A stretch of 64,000 nucleotides of DNA from an uncultured Candidatus Saccharibacteria bacterium (GTDB lineage Bacteria > Patescibacteriota > Minisyncoccia > Phycocordibacterales > UBA9973): assembly GCA_964432275.1 (NCBI GenBank), contig CAYSMH010000001.1, positions 11,191 to 75,190 of the forward strand. Direction: 5' to 3'. The notes below the pieces were generated by a model that had not been told where the DNA came from, ran no database searches, and saw only the letters and a program-made list of their open reading frames with translations. A program made the translations under genes and the position numbers. Positions within the stretch are counted from its first letter, which is position 1; the number at the start of each line of letters is the position of its first letter. Of this stretch, positions 28,686 to 38,924 are shown piece after piece.

Positions 28686-29030
28686 ATGACACGAGTAAAA
28701 CGAGGAACCATAGCAAATAAGCGCCGAAAGAATGTCCTGAAACAAGTAAAAGGATACCGTTTTGGTCGATCAACCAAAGAACGTATGGCAAAAGATGCGA
28801 TTGCTCATGCAGGAACATACGCATTTGCACACCGCCGAGACAAGAAAGCTGATGCTCGTAAACTCTGGAACGTTCGCATCAACGCAGCAGTTCGCGCAGA
28901 AGGTACTACCTACTCAGTATTTATGGATAAACTCAACAAGGCTGGTATTGTACTTGATCGCAAGATCCTTTCAGGTCTCGCACAGACTCACCCTGCAAGC
29001 TTCAAACGAGTACTTGATAAGGTGAAATAA
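28686..29030 (+). CDS. rplT: 50S ribosomal protein L20
   Basis: MTRVKRG, RKLWNVRINAA, LDRKILS. Confidence 0.97.
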   Translation: MTRVKRGTIANKRRKNVLKQVKGYRFGRSTKERMAKDAIAHAGTYAFAHRRDKKADARKLWNVRINAAVRAEGTTYSVFMDKLNKAGIVLDRKILSGLAQTHPASFKRVLDKVK

Positions 29031-29059
29031 TAAAAATCCCTCAGTCGAGGGATTTTTAT

Positions 29060-30562
29060 TTATCTAAGTTCTTCAACAAGTTCTTCCAAATCTTTGTGGC
29101 GTTCTTTGATCGTCTGGTTTTTGATAAGCCAAAATGACTTATCTTTGAGTTCTTCGATAAATTCATAATCGTGAGTCACGAGAAGTATCGTACTTTTTGA
29201 AGCATTACATGCATCCAAAAGTATCTGCCAAGTAACTTCATCAAGATGGTTGGTTGGCTCATCAAGAATAATGAAATCAGGACTTGCCCCAAAGACTAGT
29301 GCGAACCGCACGCGCATGCGCTCCCCTCCCGAAAGGCTATGTATCTTGGTATCCATTTTTTCAACGTTAAACTTCATCATACCAAGTACTGCACGAGCAC
29401 TTTTCTCATCTTTGTTAAGTCCCTCCATCACCACACGGACCGGTGTCATGTCGGGATCAAATTCTGCATGTTGATCAAAATATGCACGAGAGACTCCTTC
29501 AACCCAGGCGACACTTCCATTTGAAAGTTCGAGATGATTCGTAAGACACTTGAGAAACGTGGATTTGCCTGATCCATTTCTCCCAAGCAACACTATGTGC
29601 TGCCCTGTCCGAATATCAAGTGTGAGGTCTTTGAAAATATACCCCTTACCATATCCAAAAGCCGCATCAGTGATACGACAGAGGAGCTTGCCGTCATGGA
29701 GAGCATTGTTGTACTGCTTGAGTTTGATCTTGGTTTGACGATCTTCCGGACGAGCTTCTTCTTTATGTTTTTGTTTAAGCTCTGCCAACTCTTGTTTCGT
29801 CTTGAGATACTTGGCCACATCTTTACCACGAAATGCTTTTGATTCTAAAATCCCGATTGTACTTTGGATCTGACGAATCCGTTTTGATTCCACATCATAC
29901 TGTCGCTGAAGCCCTCCGATACGTGCAAGCTTTGCGTCGATGTAGTCTTGATACCCACCTTCTGACATATGAGCTTTACCTTGTGCGACTTCGACAACCT
30001 TGTCTGCGAGCGCATCAATCATACGACGATCGTGTGAGACGAAAAGTACCCCGCCTTTGTACGCCTGCAATACGTTGATCAACTCAAGACGACTGACAAT
30101 GTCGAGATGGTTTTCCGGCTCATCGAGCAGCAAGAAATCTGGAGCTGTTGCGATACCAACAGAGAGTGTTAGTACTTTTTGTTGTCCACCCGAGAGCGAG
30201 CCGGCTACTTTGTCTGAAACCTTTTGGAGGTTGAATCCAAGTTTAGTACTAGTCTCATATACCTTTTTAAACAATGACAAGCCGGCATACTTGGTGACAT
30301 ATGCTTCAACGGTAAGCTCTGTGTCTGTTGGTGCAAACTCTTGTGCGACATAATACGTACGGATATGCGCATTCTTTTCAATACTTCCATTGGTTGGCTC
30401 GATAGTGCCTGCAATGATTTTAAGTATAGTGGACTTACCTGTTCCGTTTTCTCCAACAATACAGATACGTTCTGTATCACCAAATTTGATCGAAACACCA
30501 GAAAGTATCGTCCGCTCAAGAAATGCTTGAGAAATATTTTTAAGTGAAATAGTTTTTGTCAT
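29060..30562 (-). CDS. ABC-F family ATPase
   Basis: Two ABC domains (GENGTGKS/LSGGQ/LDEPENHLD; GRNGSGKS/LSGGE/LDEPTNHLD), no TM. Confidence 0.92.
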   Translation of the reverse strand: MTKTISLKNISQAFLERTILSGVSIKFGDTERICIVGENGTGKSTILKIIAGTIEPTNGSIEKNAHIRTYYVAQEFAPTDTELTVEAYVTKYAGLSLFKKVYETSTKLGFNLQKVSDKVAGSLSGGQQKVLTLSVGIATAPDFLLLDEPENHLDIVSRLELINVLQAYKGGVLFVSHDRRMIDALADKVVEVAQGKAHMSEGGYQDYIDAKLARIGGLQRQYDVESKRIRQIQSTIGILESKAFRGKDVAKYLKTKQELAELKQKHKEEARPEDRQTKIKLKQYNNALHDGKLLCRITDAAFGYGKGYIFKDLTLDIRTGQHIVLLGRNGSGKSTFLKCLTNHLELSNGSVAWVEGVSRAYFDQHAEFDPDMTPVRVVMEGLNKDEKSARAVLGMMKFNVEKMDTKIHSLSGGERMRVRFALVFGASPDFIILDEPTNHLDEVTWQILLDACNASKSTILLVTHDYEFIEELKDKSFWLIKNQTIKERHKDLEELVEELR

Positions 30563-30593
30563 GAAAGTACACGGCTTTGGCCTCTGTTTTCAG

Positions 30594-33587
30594 TTATTTA
30601 AGCATCGCCCTCGTACGTGGCCCTACAACCCCATCTCCTATGAGATTGTGCGCTAGTTGAAACTTAATAACTGCTGTTTTTGTTTTTATACCAAAATATG
30701 TAGTTTCATTACCCTTTGACCCTAATCCAGTCAATGAAACTGTAAAACCGTGTAAATTGAGGTATTGTTGCAATGCCTTAACATCGAGATCTGTCATACC
30801 CATCTTGAGGGGTTTAGTAAAAGAATACATACTTTTATTTACATCGTCGGGTAAAATGCCCGTACATCGTCTTCCTGTCACTATACTAAATACGTCTCCA
30901 ACACGGCAAAGTGTGATGTAGGAGCCCGATGATTCAACAAAGGATTGCCCTCCTCCTATTTCTTCATCATCAGAATCACATGCAGCTGTGGTCACAGTAG
31001 TAGAAGCACTATATACAGTACTAACACCGTCACTATTGCGCCCCTTTACTCTGAAATCATAGCTTTGACCACAAGTTAGACCAGTAAACACATACGAGGT
31101 GTCATCAATCCATCCTGAAGTTAGAATACCAGTTTTTACATAATACTCAGGACTCGTACCGTTCCAAGCAAGCGTCACGGTTGTTGATGTAGAAGATACA
31201 CTAGTAAACGAAGGTACCGAAGATGCTGCAGCGGGCACAAATGCTGCGGTTGTAAAATTATACACACTTGGTGCTGAAGACTCCTCACCATTGTTTGCAA
31301 CAACTCTAATCCAGTATTGAGTATTTGGCGCAAGGTCCGACAATGTCAGTGTTGACTGAGACTGCTCATCCCCGTATGGATCATAATCGATCCCATCCGT
31401 TGATAATTCAATAGTGTAGGTAATATTTGAAATATTACTTTCCCAACTAACAGAGACATCGCTTGTTGCATATATATCACTTGTCTCTATGTATTCTTTG
31501 AGATATCCATCTGAACCCCAGTTAGTAAAAAATTTTCTTCCTGTACTTGATTCAAAAAACTCATTTGGCACCTCTCCAGGAAATGCATAGTAAACAGGCG
31601 AAGATTCATCAAATTGAGCATAGTTAACTATGTAACCAAATGTTAAGCCGGTATTGTGTGCTAGGTTGTATAACGTATCTTCACCAGCAAACAACCCGTA
31701 CGATCCTGGAGCAGTAACAACACTCTTGGTCATTGTAGCAGTGTCAATAACAAACAATTGCTTCTCTACTGTATCTTCTGAACCAACATAACAAGTGGCT
31801 CCTGCTTCCGTTATCTTGCGACAATAAATATCATCCGTAATAAGCCCGTTATCTCCATCTTCTGCAAGATCAACGATTTCTGTATACGAAAGATCAGTTG
31901 GATTTACTTTTGCAAATGCTCCTCCGGCAAATGAGGATGTAAAGTACAACTCAGATCGATCTGCATATTCTACTAACGAAGCAGCGTGCCCACGACGTCC
32001 ATTGGTCCATGTATTTGTTGCAACCACTGTCCAGTCAGAAATCCGTATTTTGAAAAAAATGGGAGGGTTCGTATAAGACACCCCATAAACATAAGTTCCA
32101 TCAGTAGTAATGGCTGATGATGTGTCATATGAAAGTGCTGCAGTATACACCGCTTCCCAATCACTAATATCATCTGGATTGATAGAAATAATTGAAAATA
32201 CATTTACATTACTTGTTGCAGTTGCAACAGCATAGATACGGTTATGGACCGCATCATATGTCATTGATTCAATATTTGCATAGCCTGTTGTTGTTACTTC
32301 TTGGTACGAGGAAATATCATTGAGATTTGTAAATGAAAATAGTTTTGAAGGATTACTTGAAACAATTGAGCGCAGTCCGACATAAAAACGATCACCGACC
32401 TGTACTACACCGTGAGGAAACGGTGTAGTCGTAGATCCACTTTTCTGTATCTCTGTTGTCCGATAAAGTGCGTGACCATCAAATTTTTCAGAAGCAGTAG
32501 TATTGGCAGTAGTTTGAAAATTATCAGGAGCATCTGGAGTAGGAGTTGTTACTGCTCCAATATATAAGATATCAGCTGCAACTATTGGAAGTGTACCGTC
32601 TCCGTTCACTGCAACCGCTGACCATGCCTGGTTGGTATCACCTGCAGGTTGGGTTTCGGTCCAGGTATTTTCACCTATTTTAATATATATTCTTCCTCCA
32701 TCTGTTGCGGCAAGCGCAGTTTGCCCACTCGTTGCAACCGCTGACCATGCCTGGTTGGCATCACCTGCAGGTTGAGTTTCGGTCCATACGGGAGTAGTTG
32801 AAATATCACTGATCGTACTAGTGTATAAACGACCCCCATCAATTCCCAAAAATGTAGAGCCAGTGTTCGGGTTAATAGAAGCTGTTGACCAATTTTTTGT
32901 AGTATCCCCCGCAGGTTGGGTTTCGGTCCAACTAACAGTACCGCCAAAAAGATCAGCAATACCTATATAGGCCCGACCATTTCTTGCTCCAGCAAGAATA
33001 ACACTTCCGTTAGTAGCAACCGCTGACCAGTCTTGATCAGTATCACCTGCAGGTTGGGTTTCGGTCCAGGTTGCGCCAAGATCTGCAGATGAATACATTC
33101 GACCACCATCGACAGCAGCGATGAGTACTCCGGTTGCTATTGCCACCATAGACCAGTCTTGATCAGTATCACCTACAGGTTGGGTTTCAAACCATAGTGT
33201 TGGATCTGGATGATCTCGGTCACCTGTCCCCCTAAGATAGAGTCTCCCATTTCTTGCTGCGGCCATTTGAAGCTCTCCCGAAGCACCAATAGCAACCGCT
33301 GACCAGTCTTGATCAGTATCACCTGCAGGTTGGGTTTCGGTCCAGGTGGACCCATTATCATCGGATGTGTACAAACGTCCAGTATTGGCAGCAGCAAGCA
33401 CTGTACCTGCCATATTGGCTACAGCAATCGATGACCATACAACTGCCCCGCCTGTAGGAGGGGTTCGATTCTCCCACGATGTCATATAAAACACTCCTAA
33501 AACCTGATTCGAGAGCGCAAATACAAGAAGAAAGAAAGAGAGAAAAAAGGGTTTAAATAAGGTATTCACAGGTCTTAAGTATAGCAA
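30594..33587 (-). CDS. large secreted protein: propeller repeats, FN3 domains, C-terminal peptidoglycan-binding domain
   Basis: Six WTETQPAGD..W repeats; LAPNTQYWIRV and YDFRVKG FN3 motifs; DVKALQQYLN..YFG.KTKTAV.KFQ..GVVGPRTR. Confidence 0.85.
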   Translation of the reverse strand: MLYLRPVNTLFKPFFLSFFLLVFALSNQVLGVFYMTSWENRTPPTGGAVVWSSIAVANMAGTVLAAANTGRLYTSDDNGSTWTETQPAGDTDQDWSAVAIGASGELQMAAARNGRLYLRGTGDRDHPDPTLWFETQPVGDTDQDWSMVAIATGVLIAAVDGGRMYSSADLGATWTETQPAGDTDQDWSAVATNGSVILAGARNGRAYIGIADLFGGTVSWTETQPAGDTTKNWSTASINPNTGSTFLGIDGGRLYTSTISDISTTPVWTETQPAGDANQAWSAVATSGQTALAATDGGRIYIKIGENTWTETQPAGDTNQAWSAVAVNGDGTLPIVAADILYIGAVTTPTPDAPDNFQTTANTTASEKFDGHALYRTTEIQKSGSTTTPFPHGVVQVGDRFYVGLRSIVSSNPSKLFSFTNLNDISSYQEVTTTGYANIESMTYDAVHNRIYAVATATSNVNVFSIISINPDDISDWEAVYTAALSYDTSSAITTDGTYVYGVSYTNPPIFFKIRISDWTVVATNTWTNGRRGHAASLVEYADRSELYFTSSFAGGAFAKVNPTDLSYTEIVDLAEDGDNGLITDDIYCRKITEAGATCYVGSEDTVEKQLFVIDTATMTKSVVTAPGSYGLFAGEDTLYNLAHNTGLTFGYIVNYAQFDESSPVYYAFPGEVPNEFFESSTGRKFFTNWGSDGYLKEYIETSDIYATSDVSVSWESNISNITYTIELSTDGIDYDPYGDEQSQSTLTLSDLAPNTQYWIRVVANNGEESSAPSVYNFTTAAFVPAAASSVPSFTSVSSTSTTVTLAWNGTSPEYYVKTGILTSGWIDDTSYVFTGLTCGQSYDFRVKGRNSDGVSTVYSASTTVTTAACDSDDEEIGGGQSFVESSGSYITLCRVGDVFSIVTGRRCTGILPDDVNKSMYSFTKPLKMGMTDLDVKALQQYLNLHGFTVSLTGLGSKGNETTYFGIKTKTAVIKFQLAHNLIGDGVVGPRTRAMLK
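32612..33347. repeat. six dispersed ~50-bp coding repeats
   Basis: Copies of (caaccgc)tgacca..tcacctgcaggttgggtttcggtcca near 32612, 32735, 32886, 33014, 33151 and 33290. Confidence 0.9.
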
Positions 33588-33604
33588 ATAGTTTAATGAG
33601 GAGA

Positions 33605-34369
33605 TTACCTAGTTAAGATCTCCGCCCCTGTTTCAGTAATCAAAACCGTGTGCTCAAAATGAGCACTTCGAGAACCATCTGATGTCTTGAGTGTATACCC
33701 ATCATTCATCAATACCACTGTTTCAGACCCTCGAGTAAGCATTGGTTCTATCGCGATTACCATACCAGGCTTCAGCTCAGCCCCTTTACCCTTTTTACCA
33801 TAGTTGGGTATATATGGGTCTTCATGGATCGCACGACCAACACCATGTCCTGAGAGATCACGAACAATACCAAATTTGTATGGTCGCACGTATTGTTCTA
33901 TAGCGTGCCCAATATCTCCAACCGTACTACCTACAGAAATAGCAGCAATACCTTCTGTTAATGCATCTCTGGTGACCGAAATAAGCTCTCTATCCTTGGC
34001 ACTAACGTTTTCGCCTACGGCTACTGTCACCGCGTGATCAAGGAACATACCCTCATACTGTAAGCCCAAATCAAGTGCAACAATATCACCATCTCGTAAT
34101 ACTCGTTCACTAGGAATACCGTGTACCACCTCGTCATTAACCGATGTAATCAATGTTGCAGGATAGGGCCGATCAGCATCTTCGGGTTTATACCCTAAAA
34201 ACGCTGGTGTACAGCCAGCCTCGATAATAAGTCGATGTGCAAGTGTATCGAGTTGCTTAGTGGTAACCCCGACCACTGCTGCCTGTGCAACGTCACGCAA
34301 AATACGAGCAAGTATCGGTCCGCCTTTTTTCAGTCGTGCTATTTCACTTTCAGTTTTAATAATGATCAT
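33605..34369 (-). CDS. map: methionine aminopeptidase
   Basis: SVNDEVVHGIP, GHGVG..HEDP, AIEPM, SAHFEHT. Confidence 0.97.
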   Translation of the reverse strand: MIIIKTESEIARLKKGGPILARILRDVAQAAVVGVTTKQLDTLAHRLIIEAGCTPAFLGYKPEDADRPYPATLITSVNDEVVHGIPSERVLRDGDIVALDLGLQYEGMFLDHAVTVAVGENVSAKDRELISVTRDALTEGIAAISVGSTVGDIGHAIEQYVRPYKFGIVRDLSGHGVGRAIHEDPYIPNYGKKGKGAELKPGMVIAIEPMLTRGSETVVLMNDGYTLKTSDGSRSAHFEHTVLITETGAEILTR

Positions 34370-34963
34370 TTATGAAAGTCCGAGTTTCTGACAAATATCT
34401 GTATGAATCTCATCGATCGTGCGCTCTCCATTTATTTCTATAAAATCTACATCAGATGACGATCGAAGAAGCTCTATTGCTGGCATAACATTTGCATGAA
34501 ACCATGCAATACGTTCTGCTCGATCATGTCCATCAAGATCGTCTGGTCGACCACGACCAATAAGTCGCTCATTGCTCCATGCATCCCCTACAGAGAGAAA
34601 TATAACGTGGAGTTTCCATCTATAAAACTGTGCTGCAGAAAGAAGTACTGGTACTTCAGACGCAACACGTGGCGTACCATCAATAAATATAAAAGCTTCT
34701 CCGTTATATTGAGCGATAAGTTCATGACTCCACACATGAATACCAATAAAAGCTGGCGGGAGCTTGCCTTCATCCATGAGTGCTTTTGTCTCCTGTGCGG
34801 TATACGAATCTGTGGTACTAAATTCGCGAAATAATGCCCCTGTCTCAAGATGAAGCTTCGGTTCGTTAGAGTAGAGCTGTTTTACCTTTTCTTCAAACAG
34901 AGCTGCTTGAGTACCCTTGCCTGCCCCAGACTGTCCGATAAATATATATGCTTGTTTTTGCAT
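34370..34963 (-). CDS. adk: adenylate kinase-like NMP kinase
   Basis: GQSGAGKGTQA, DGTPR, RGRPDD; position between secY and map. Confidence 0.85.
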   Translation of the reverse strand: MQKQAYIFIGQSGAGKGTQAALFEEKVKQLYSNEPKLHLETGALFREFSTTDSYTAQETKALMDEGKLPPAFIGIHVWSHELIAQYNGEAFIFIDGTPRVASEVPVLLSAAQFYRWKLHVIFLSVGDAWSNERLIGRGRPDDLDGHDRAERIAWFHANVMPAIELLRSSSDVDFIEINGERTIDEIHTDICQKLGLS

Positions 34964-34986
34964 AGCTAAAGTATAGCAGCTGCTGT

Positions 34987-36258
34987 TTAGTATTCAGCCA
35001 TTGCAGCTTGTGCACTGATACGACGAATGAGATCTATAACAACTGAAACAACGATCAATAGTGAGGTACCTCCGACTGCAAATGCAGTAATACCTGTTGC
35101 GCTACGTACCACCAGAGGCAACACTGCGACGATACCGAGAAATACAGAACCGACAAGAGTAATACGTGTCACAATGGTAGCAAGATATGTGTTGGTTGCA
35201 TCTCCTGGACGAATACCTGGAACGAATGCGCCATTTTTCTGAAGGTTGGTCGCAATCTGCTTGGGATCAAAGGTGACCGCTGTATAAAAGTACGTAAAGA
35301 ATACAACAAGGATAAAGTACACCACTGAATACAAGAGTGTGTTTTGCAAGAAGCTCGTGAGACCTTGCCCTATCGACTGAAGTCGGAGAGATGCTGATGC
35401 CTGGAATATACCAGCGAGAAACTGTGGGAACAAAAGAAGGGATGATGCGAAAATAATCGGCATAACACCAGTCTGAGTCAAACGTAGTGGAAGATAACTT
35501 TCGTTTCCACCAAGAGTACGGATACCTCGCACTTGTCGAGCGTATGTCACTGGTACAGGACGCTCAGCTTCATAAATGTATACCACACCAACAATCACCA
35601 ATATTCCAATTGCAAGGTATACAAGTACTACAGGAATTTGATCTGGGGTTAATGTAAACAAAAACTGAGAGATAGTAGTAGGAATCTGTGCCAAGATACC
35701 CGCCATAATGATCAATGATGTACCGTTACCAATCCCAAACTCGTTGATAAGCTCAGCAAGCCACAACAAAAGCATTGACCCACCTACAATGATCGCAATA
35801 TTAGATAGAAGTTGTGTCCCTGAAAGAAATCCAATACCTCCCTGACTTTGAAGATATTTGATAAATGAGAACGCTTGAAGTGCTGCAATCGGTACTGAGA
35901 GAAGGCGAATGTACTGATTGAATGTACGACGCCCTGCTTCACCACTTTCTTGCATGAGCTCTTTGATAGATGGAACCATCATAGAGAGCACCTGCATAAT
36001 AATAGAAGCAGTGATAAATGGACCAAGACCGAGCATTACAATAGAAAAGCTCGAAAGGCCTCCTCCGGATAGTACATTGAACAATCCAAGAAATTGATTA
36101 CTTGCCAAAAACTGGTTGAGTCGAGCTACATCAACACCAGGAACCGGTATTACCGCAAGAAAACGAAACACAAACAAGACCCCAACAACAAAGAGGATCT
36201 TGGTTCGAAGTGATCGATCGGTAACAATAGTTTTAAGTTTTCTTACAAATGCACTCAT
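34987..36258 (-). CDS. secY: preprotein translocase SecY
   Basis: IPVPG, LGLGPFITASII, GIGNGTSLII, GVMPIIFA, FVPGIRPG, GGTSLLI. Confidence 0.97.
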   Translation of the reverse strand: MSAFVRKLKTIVTDRSLRTKILFVVGVLFVFRFLAVIPVPGVDVARLNQFLASNQFLGLFNVLSGGGLSSFSIVMLGLGPFITASIIMQVLSMMVPSIKELMQESGEAGRRTFNQYIRLLSVPIAALQAFSFIKYLQSQGGIGFLSGTQLLSNIAIIVGGSMLLLWLAELINEFGIGNGTSLIIMAGILAQIPTTISQFLFTLTPDQIPVVLVYLAIGILVIVGVVYIYEAERPVPVTYARQVRGIRTLGGNESYLPLRLTQTGVMPIIFASSLLLFPQFLAGIFQASASLRLQSIGQGLTSFLQNTLLYSVVYFILVVFFTYFYTAVTFDPKQIATNLQKNGAFVPGIRPGDATNTYLATIVTRITLVGSVFLGIVAVLPLVVRSATGITAFAVGGTSLLIVVSVVIDLIRRISAQAAMAEY

Positions 36259-36260
36259 GG

Positions 36261-36695
36261 TTATTGTATAGTACCACCAGCAGCCTCGATTTTCACTTTT
36301 GCAGCGGCAGTAGCAGTACAATCATAGCAGACAACAGCGCGATCTATCTCACCGGTAGCAAGAATTTTAACCATAGGTAGTACACCTTTAGATCGACGAA
36401 TAAGACCTTTTGCAAGAAGAGTTGCTGGACTAACGACTGCATTTGCTTCAAATGCTACTGCAATACTACCTATACTAACTATTGCAGGAGTAGCACGAAA
36501 TGCTTTAAAGCTATTTTTACCGCGACCACGAAGCTTCGGGTACTTTTTGATCATGTCCCGGATTTCTGGACGAATAGAGTGACCTGCACGTGCTTTTTGG
36601 CCTTTGGTACCACGACCAGAGGTTTTGCCATGCACACCGCCACGTCCGACGAGTTTAGGTTTTTTATTCTTATGTGTTCGAATGACCATACTCAT
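36261..36695 (-). CDS. rplO: 50S ribosomal protein L15
   Basis: VGRGG..GKTSGRGTKGQKARAG; KIEAAGG. Confidence 0.95.
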   Translation of the reverse strand: MSMVIRTHKNKKPKLVGRGGVHGKTSGRGTKGQKARAGHSIRPEIRDMIKKYPKLRGRGKNSFKAFRATPAIVSIGSIAVAFEANAVVSPATLLAKGLIRRSKGVLPMVKILATGEIDRAVVCYDCTATAAAKVKIEAAGGTIQ

Positions 36696-36698
36696 ATA

Positions 36699-37280
36699 TT
36701 ATGCCTCTTTTTTAACTTCTTCTAGTTTCTCAGATGCCACCTCTGTCTTCATCCCAAAGACGTGTTTAGTAGCGACCTTTTCAAGCGCTCTCATACATGC
36801 ACGAGCAGTGTTGAGTTTGTTCTTACTTCCAGAAACAACTTTACCAGAAATATCTTTTAGACCAGCAAGTGTCACAATATCGCGAAGTGCTGCACCAACT
36901 ACAAGCCCTTTACCATGGTTTGGGAAAAGCATAACTCGTGAAGCGTTGTACTTTGCGGCAACATCATGAGGGATAGAGTTGTTTTTAGTTGCTTTGATTT
37001 TAATTGCGTGTTTCTTTGCGTCCTTGAGCGCTTTTGCGATAGCAAGTGCAGTATCGTTACCCTTTCCGGTACCAAGACCAACAACACCTTTCTTGTCTCC
37101 GATAATCATAGAGACCGCAAAACTCATACGACGTCCACCAGCAACCACACGGGTCACTCGACGGATATCGAGAATCTTTTGATCAACATCTTTAACGCGG
37201 TCAGCAAATGACTTGCCGCCATCTCGTCGTGGACGTCGTTCTGGTCGAGCTGAAGTTGTAGGGGTAGTTGGTGTAGTCAT
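36699..37280 (-). CDS. rpsE: 30S ribosomal protein S5
   Basis: RRVTRVVAGGRRMSF. Confidence 0.96.
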   Translation of the reverse strand: MTTPTTPTTSARPERRPRRDGGKSFADRVKDVDQKILDIRRVTRVVAGGRRMSFAVSMIIGDKKGVVGLGTGKGNDTALAIAKALKDAKKHAIKIKATKNNSIPHDVAAKYNASRVMLFPNHGKGLVVGAALRDIVTLAGLKDISGKVVSGSKNKLNTARACMRALEKVATKHVFGMKTEVASEKLEEVKKEA

Positions 37281-37286
37281 ACTGTA

Positions 37287-37631
37287 TTAAAAATTAAGTC
37301 CTCCTTCTCGCGCTGCATCAGCAAATGCTTTGATGCGCCCAGCGTACTTGAAACCGTTACGATCAAAGACAACCGCTTCGATTCCTTTTTGCTTAGCATT
37401 AGCCGCAAGCGCTTTGCCTGCAACAACAGCTGCAGTTACCTTTGATCCTTTAGTACCCTTGGTGGATACTGCAGCAATCGTTACTGCTTGCGTGTCATCA
37501 ATAAGCTGCGCATACAGTGCAGTGTTAGAGCGAAATACTGACAATCGTGGACGAGTGCTGGTACCAGAAATACTCGCACGAATCTTGCGCTTGCTGTGAA
37601 TTCTTTTTTGTTGAGGGGTAAGTCGTGTCAT
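37287..37631 (-). CDS. rplR: 50S ribosomal protein L18
   Basis: RPRLSVFRSN, VVFDRNGFKY.GR. Confidence 0.96.
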   Translation of the reverse strand: MTRLTPQQKRIHSKRKIRASISGTSTRPRLSVFRSNTALYAQLIDDTQAVTIAAVSTKGTKGSKVTAAVVAGKALAANAKQKGIEAVVFDRNGFKYAGRIKAFADAAREGGLNF

Positions 37632-37640
37632 ATGCGTATA

Positions 37641-38174
37641 TTATGCGGTCTTCTTGCCGGCTTTACGTCTGATTACTTCGTTATCGTATCGGAAACCTTT
37701 TCCTTTGTATGGCTCTGGTTTTTTCATTGCACGTACCTTTGCTGAAAATTGTCCAACAAGCTCTTTGTTGATACCGGTAAAAGTAATGTTGTTCTTTTCT
37801 GCGGTTACGGTCAAGCCCTCTGGAATAGGCACAACAACAGGGTGCGAGAATCCGAGCGCAAGATGAAGATCATTTCCTTTCACTTCACTTTTGAAACCAA
37901 CTCCTTCAAGGATGAGCTTTTTGACGTATGGCTTATTTACCCCATCAATCATGTTTTTAGTATGAGATGCGTACGTACCCCAGATTGCACGAGCAAATGG
38001 ATCATCACCCTTTTGAGCAAAAGTAACCATGCCGTCAGCAACAGTAATCATAACGTACTCAGGAAGAACTTTTTCGAGTGTGCCAAGTGGCCCCTTCACA
38101 CGCAACAGACCATCTGTATATGTAACTTCGGTATTTGCAGGTATTACTAACTGTTGTTTTCCAATTCGACTCAT
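37641..38174 (-). CDS. rplF: 50S ribosomal protein L6
   Basis: MSRIGK, LGFSHPV, PEPYKGKG. Confidence 0.97.
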   Translation of the reverse strand: MSRIGKQQLVIPANTEVTYTDGLLRVKGPLGTLEKVLPEYVMITVADGMVTFAQKGDDPFARAIWGTYASHTKNMIDGVNKPYVKKLILEGVGFKSEVKGNDLHLALGFSHPVVVPIPEGLTVTAEKNNITFTGINKELVGQFSAKVRAMKKPEPYKGKGFRYDNEVIRRKAGKKTA

Positions 38175-38181
38175 ATAGGTA

Positions 38182-38577
38182 TTACCAAATCATAAATAAT
38201 ACTTCCCCGCCGACGACCTCTTTGCGAGCCTGTTTGTCGCTCAGTATTCCTTTTGGAGTAGAGAGTACGAGCATGCCGTGACCATTTTTCACTTGGTGAA
38301 TATCGTGCACACCGAGATATGTACGTCGTGACGGCTTCGAAAGGCGCTTCACGTCGTGAATACGAGGCTCTTGTCCTTTGTACGCAAGCTCAATCTCAAG
38401 TACAGGTACGTTGTTTTTTTCAGTCTTTTTTGAAACATCAGCTACATAGCCGTGTTCCTTCAAACATACCGCAATAGCATGTTTAAGTTTAGAAAACGGT
38501 ACTACCACACTCTTTTTTGAAACGAGTGCGCCGTTTTTCATTGTATTGATCATGTTTGCAATAGGGTCAGTAGTCAT
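38182..38577 (-). CDS. rpsH: 30S ribosomal protein S8
   Basis: DPIANM, SKPSRR.Y, LSTPKG, GGEV. Confidence 0.97.
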   Translation of the reverse strand: MTTDPIANMINTMKNGALVSKKSVVVPFSKLKHAIAVCLKEHGYVADVSKKTEKNNVPVLEIELAYKGQEPRIHDVKRLSKPSRRTYLGVHDIHQVKNGHGMLVLSTPKGILSDKQARKEVVGGEVLFMIW

Positions 38578-38581
38578 AGTA

Positions 38582-38767
38582 TTACCAAGAACTCTTACGG
38601 ATACCTGGGATCATGCCGTCATTGGCAAGCTCTCGGAAACAGATACGGCAGAGACCAAAGTCACGCATATATCCGTGTCGTCGACCACAGCGAAAACAGC
38701 GGTTCACCGCTCGAGTACTGTATTTAGGCGTCTTTTGGGAACGCGCGATAGTTGAGGTCTTTGCCAT
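38582..38767 (-). CDS. rpsN: 30S ribosomal protein S14, Zn-binding type
   Basis: [25 protein letters not shown]. Confidence 0.97.
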   Translation of the reverse strand: MAKTSTIARSQKTPKYSTRAVNRCFRCGRRHGYMRDFGLCRICFRELANDGMIPGIRKSSW

Positions 38768-38924
38768 AGGTTCGGTCCCCCTTGGAATATCGCATGGATT
38801 TTTCTCTAAGCTTCCCCGAAAGGTTGCTCAGAGAGAAACTCATGGATTACCAAAGAGTCTGCATATCCTAGCAGATGGGAGTGGTAGTGTCAAATAAGAA
38901 AGCGGGGTCTTCCCCGCTTTTTAC

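Noticed and set aside
32612-33347. CRISPR-like repeat/spacer pattern
   Set aside because: The repeats are degenerate, in frame within a 997-aa ORF, the spacers are too long, and there are no cas genes.
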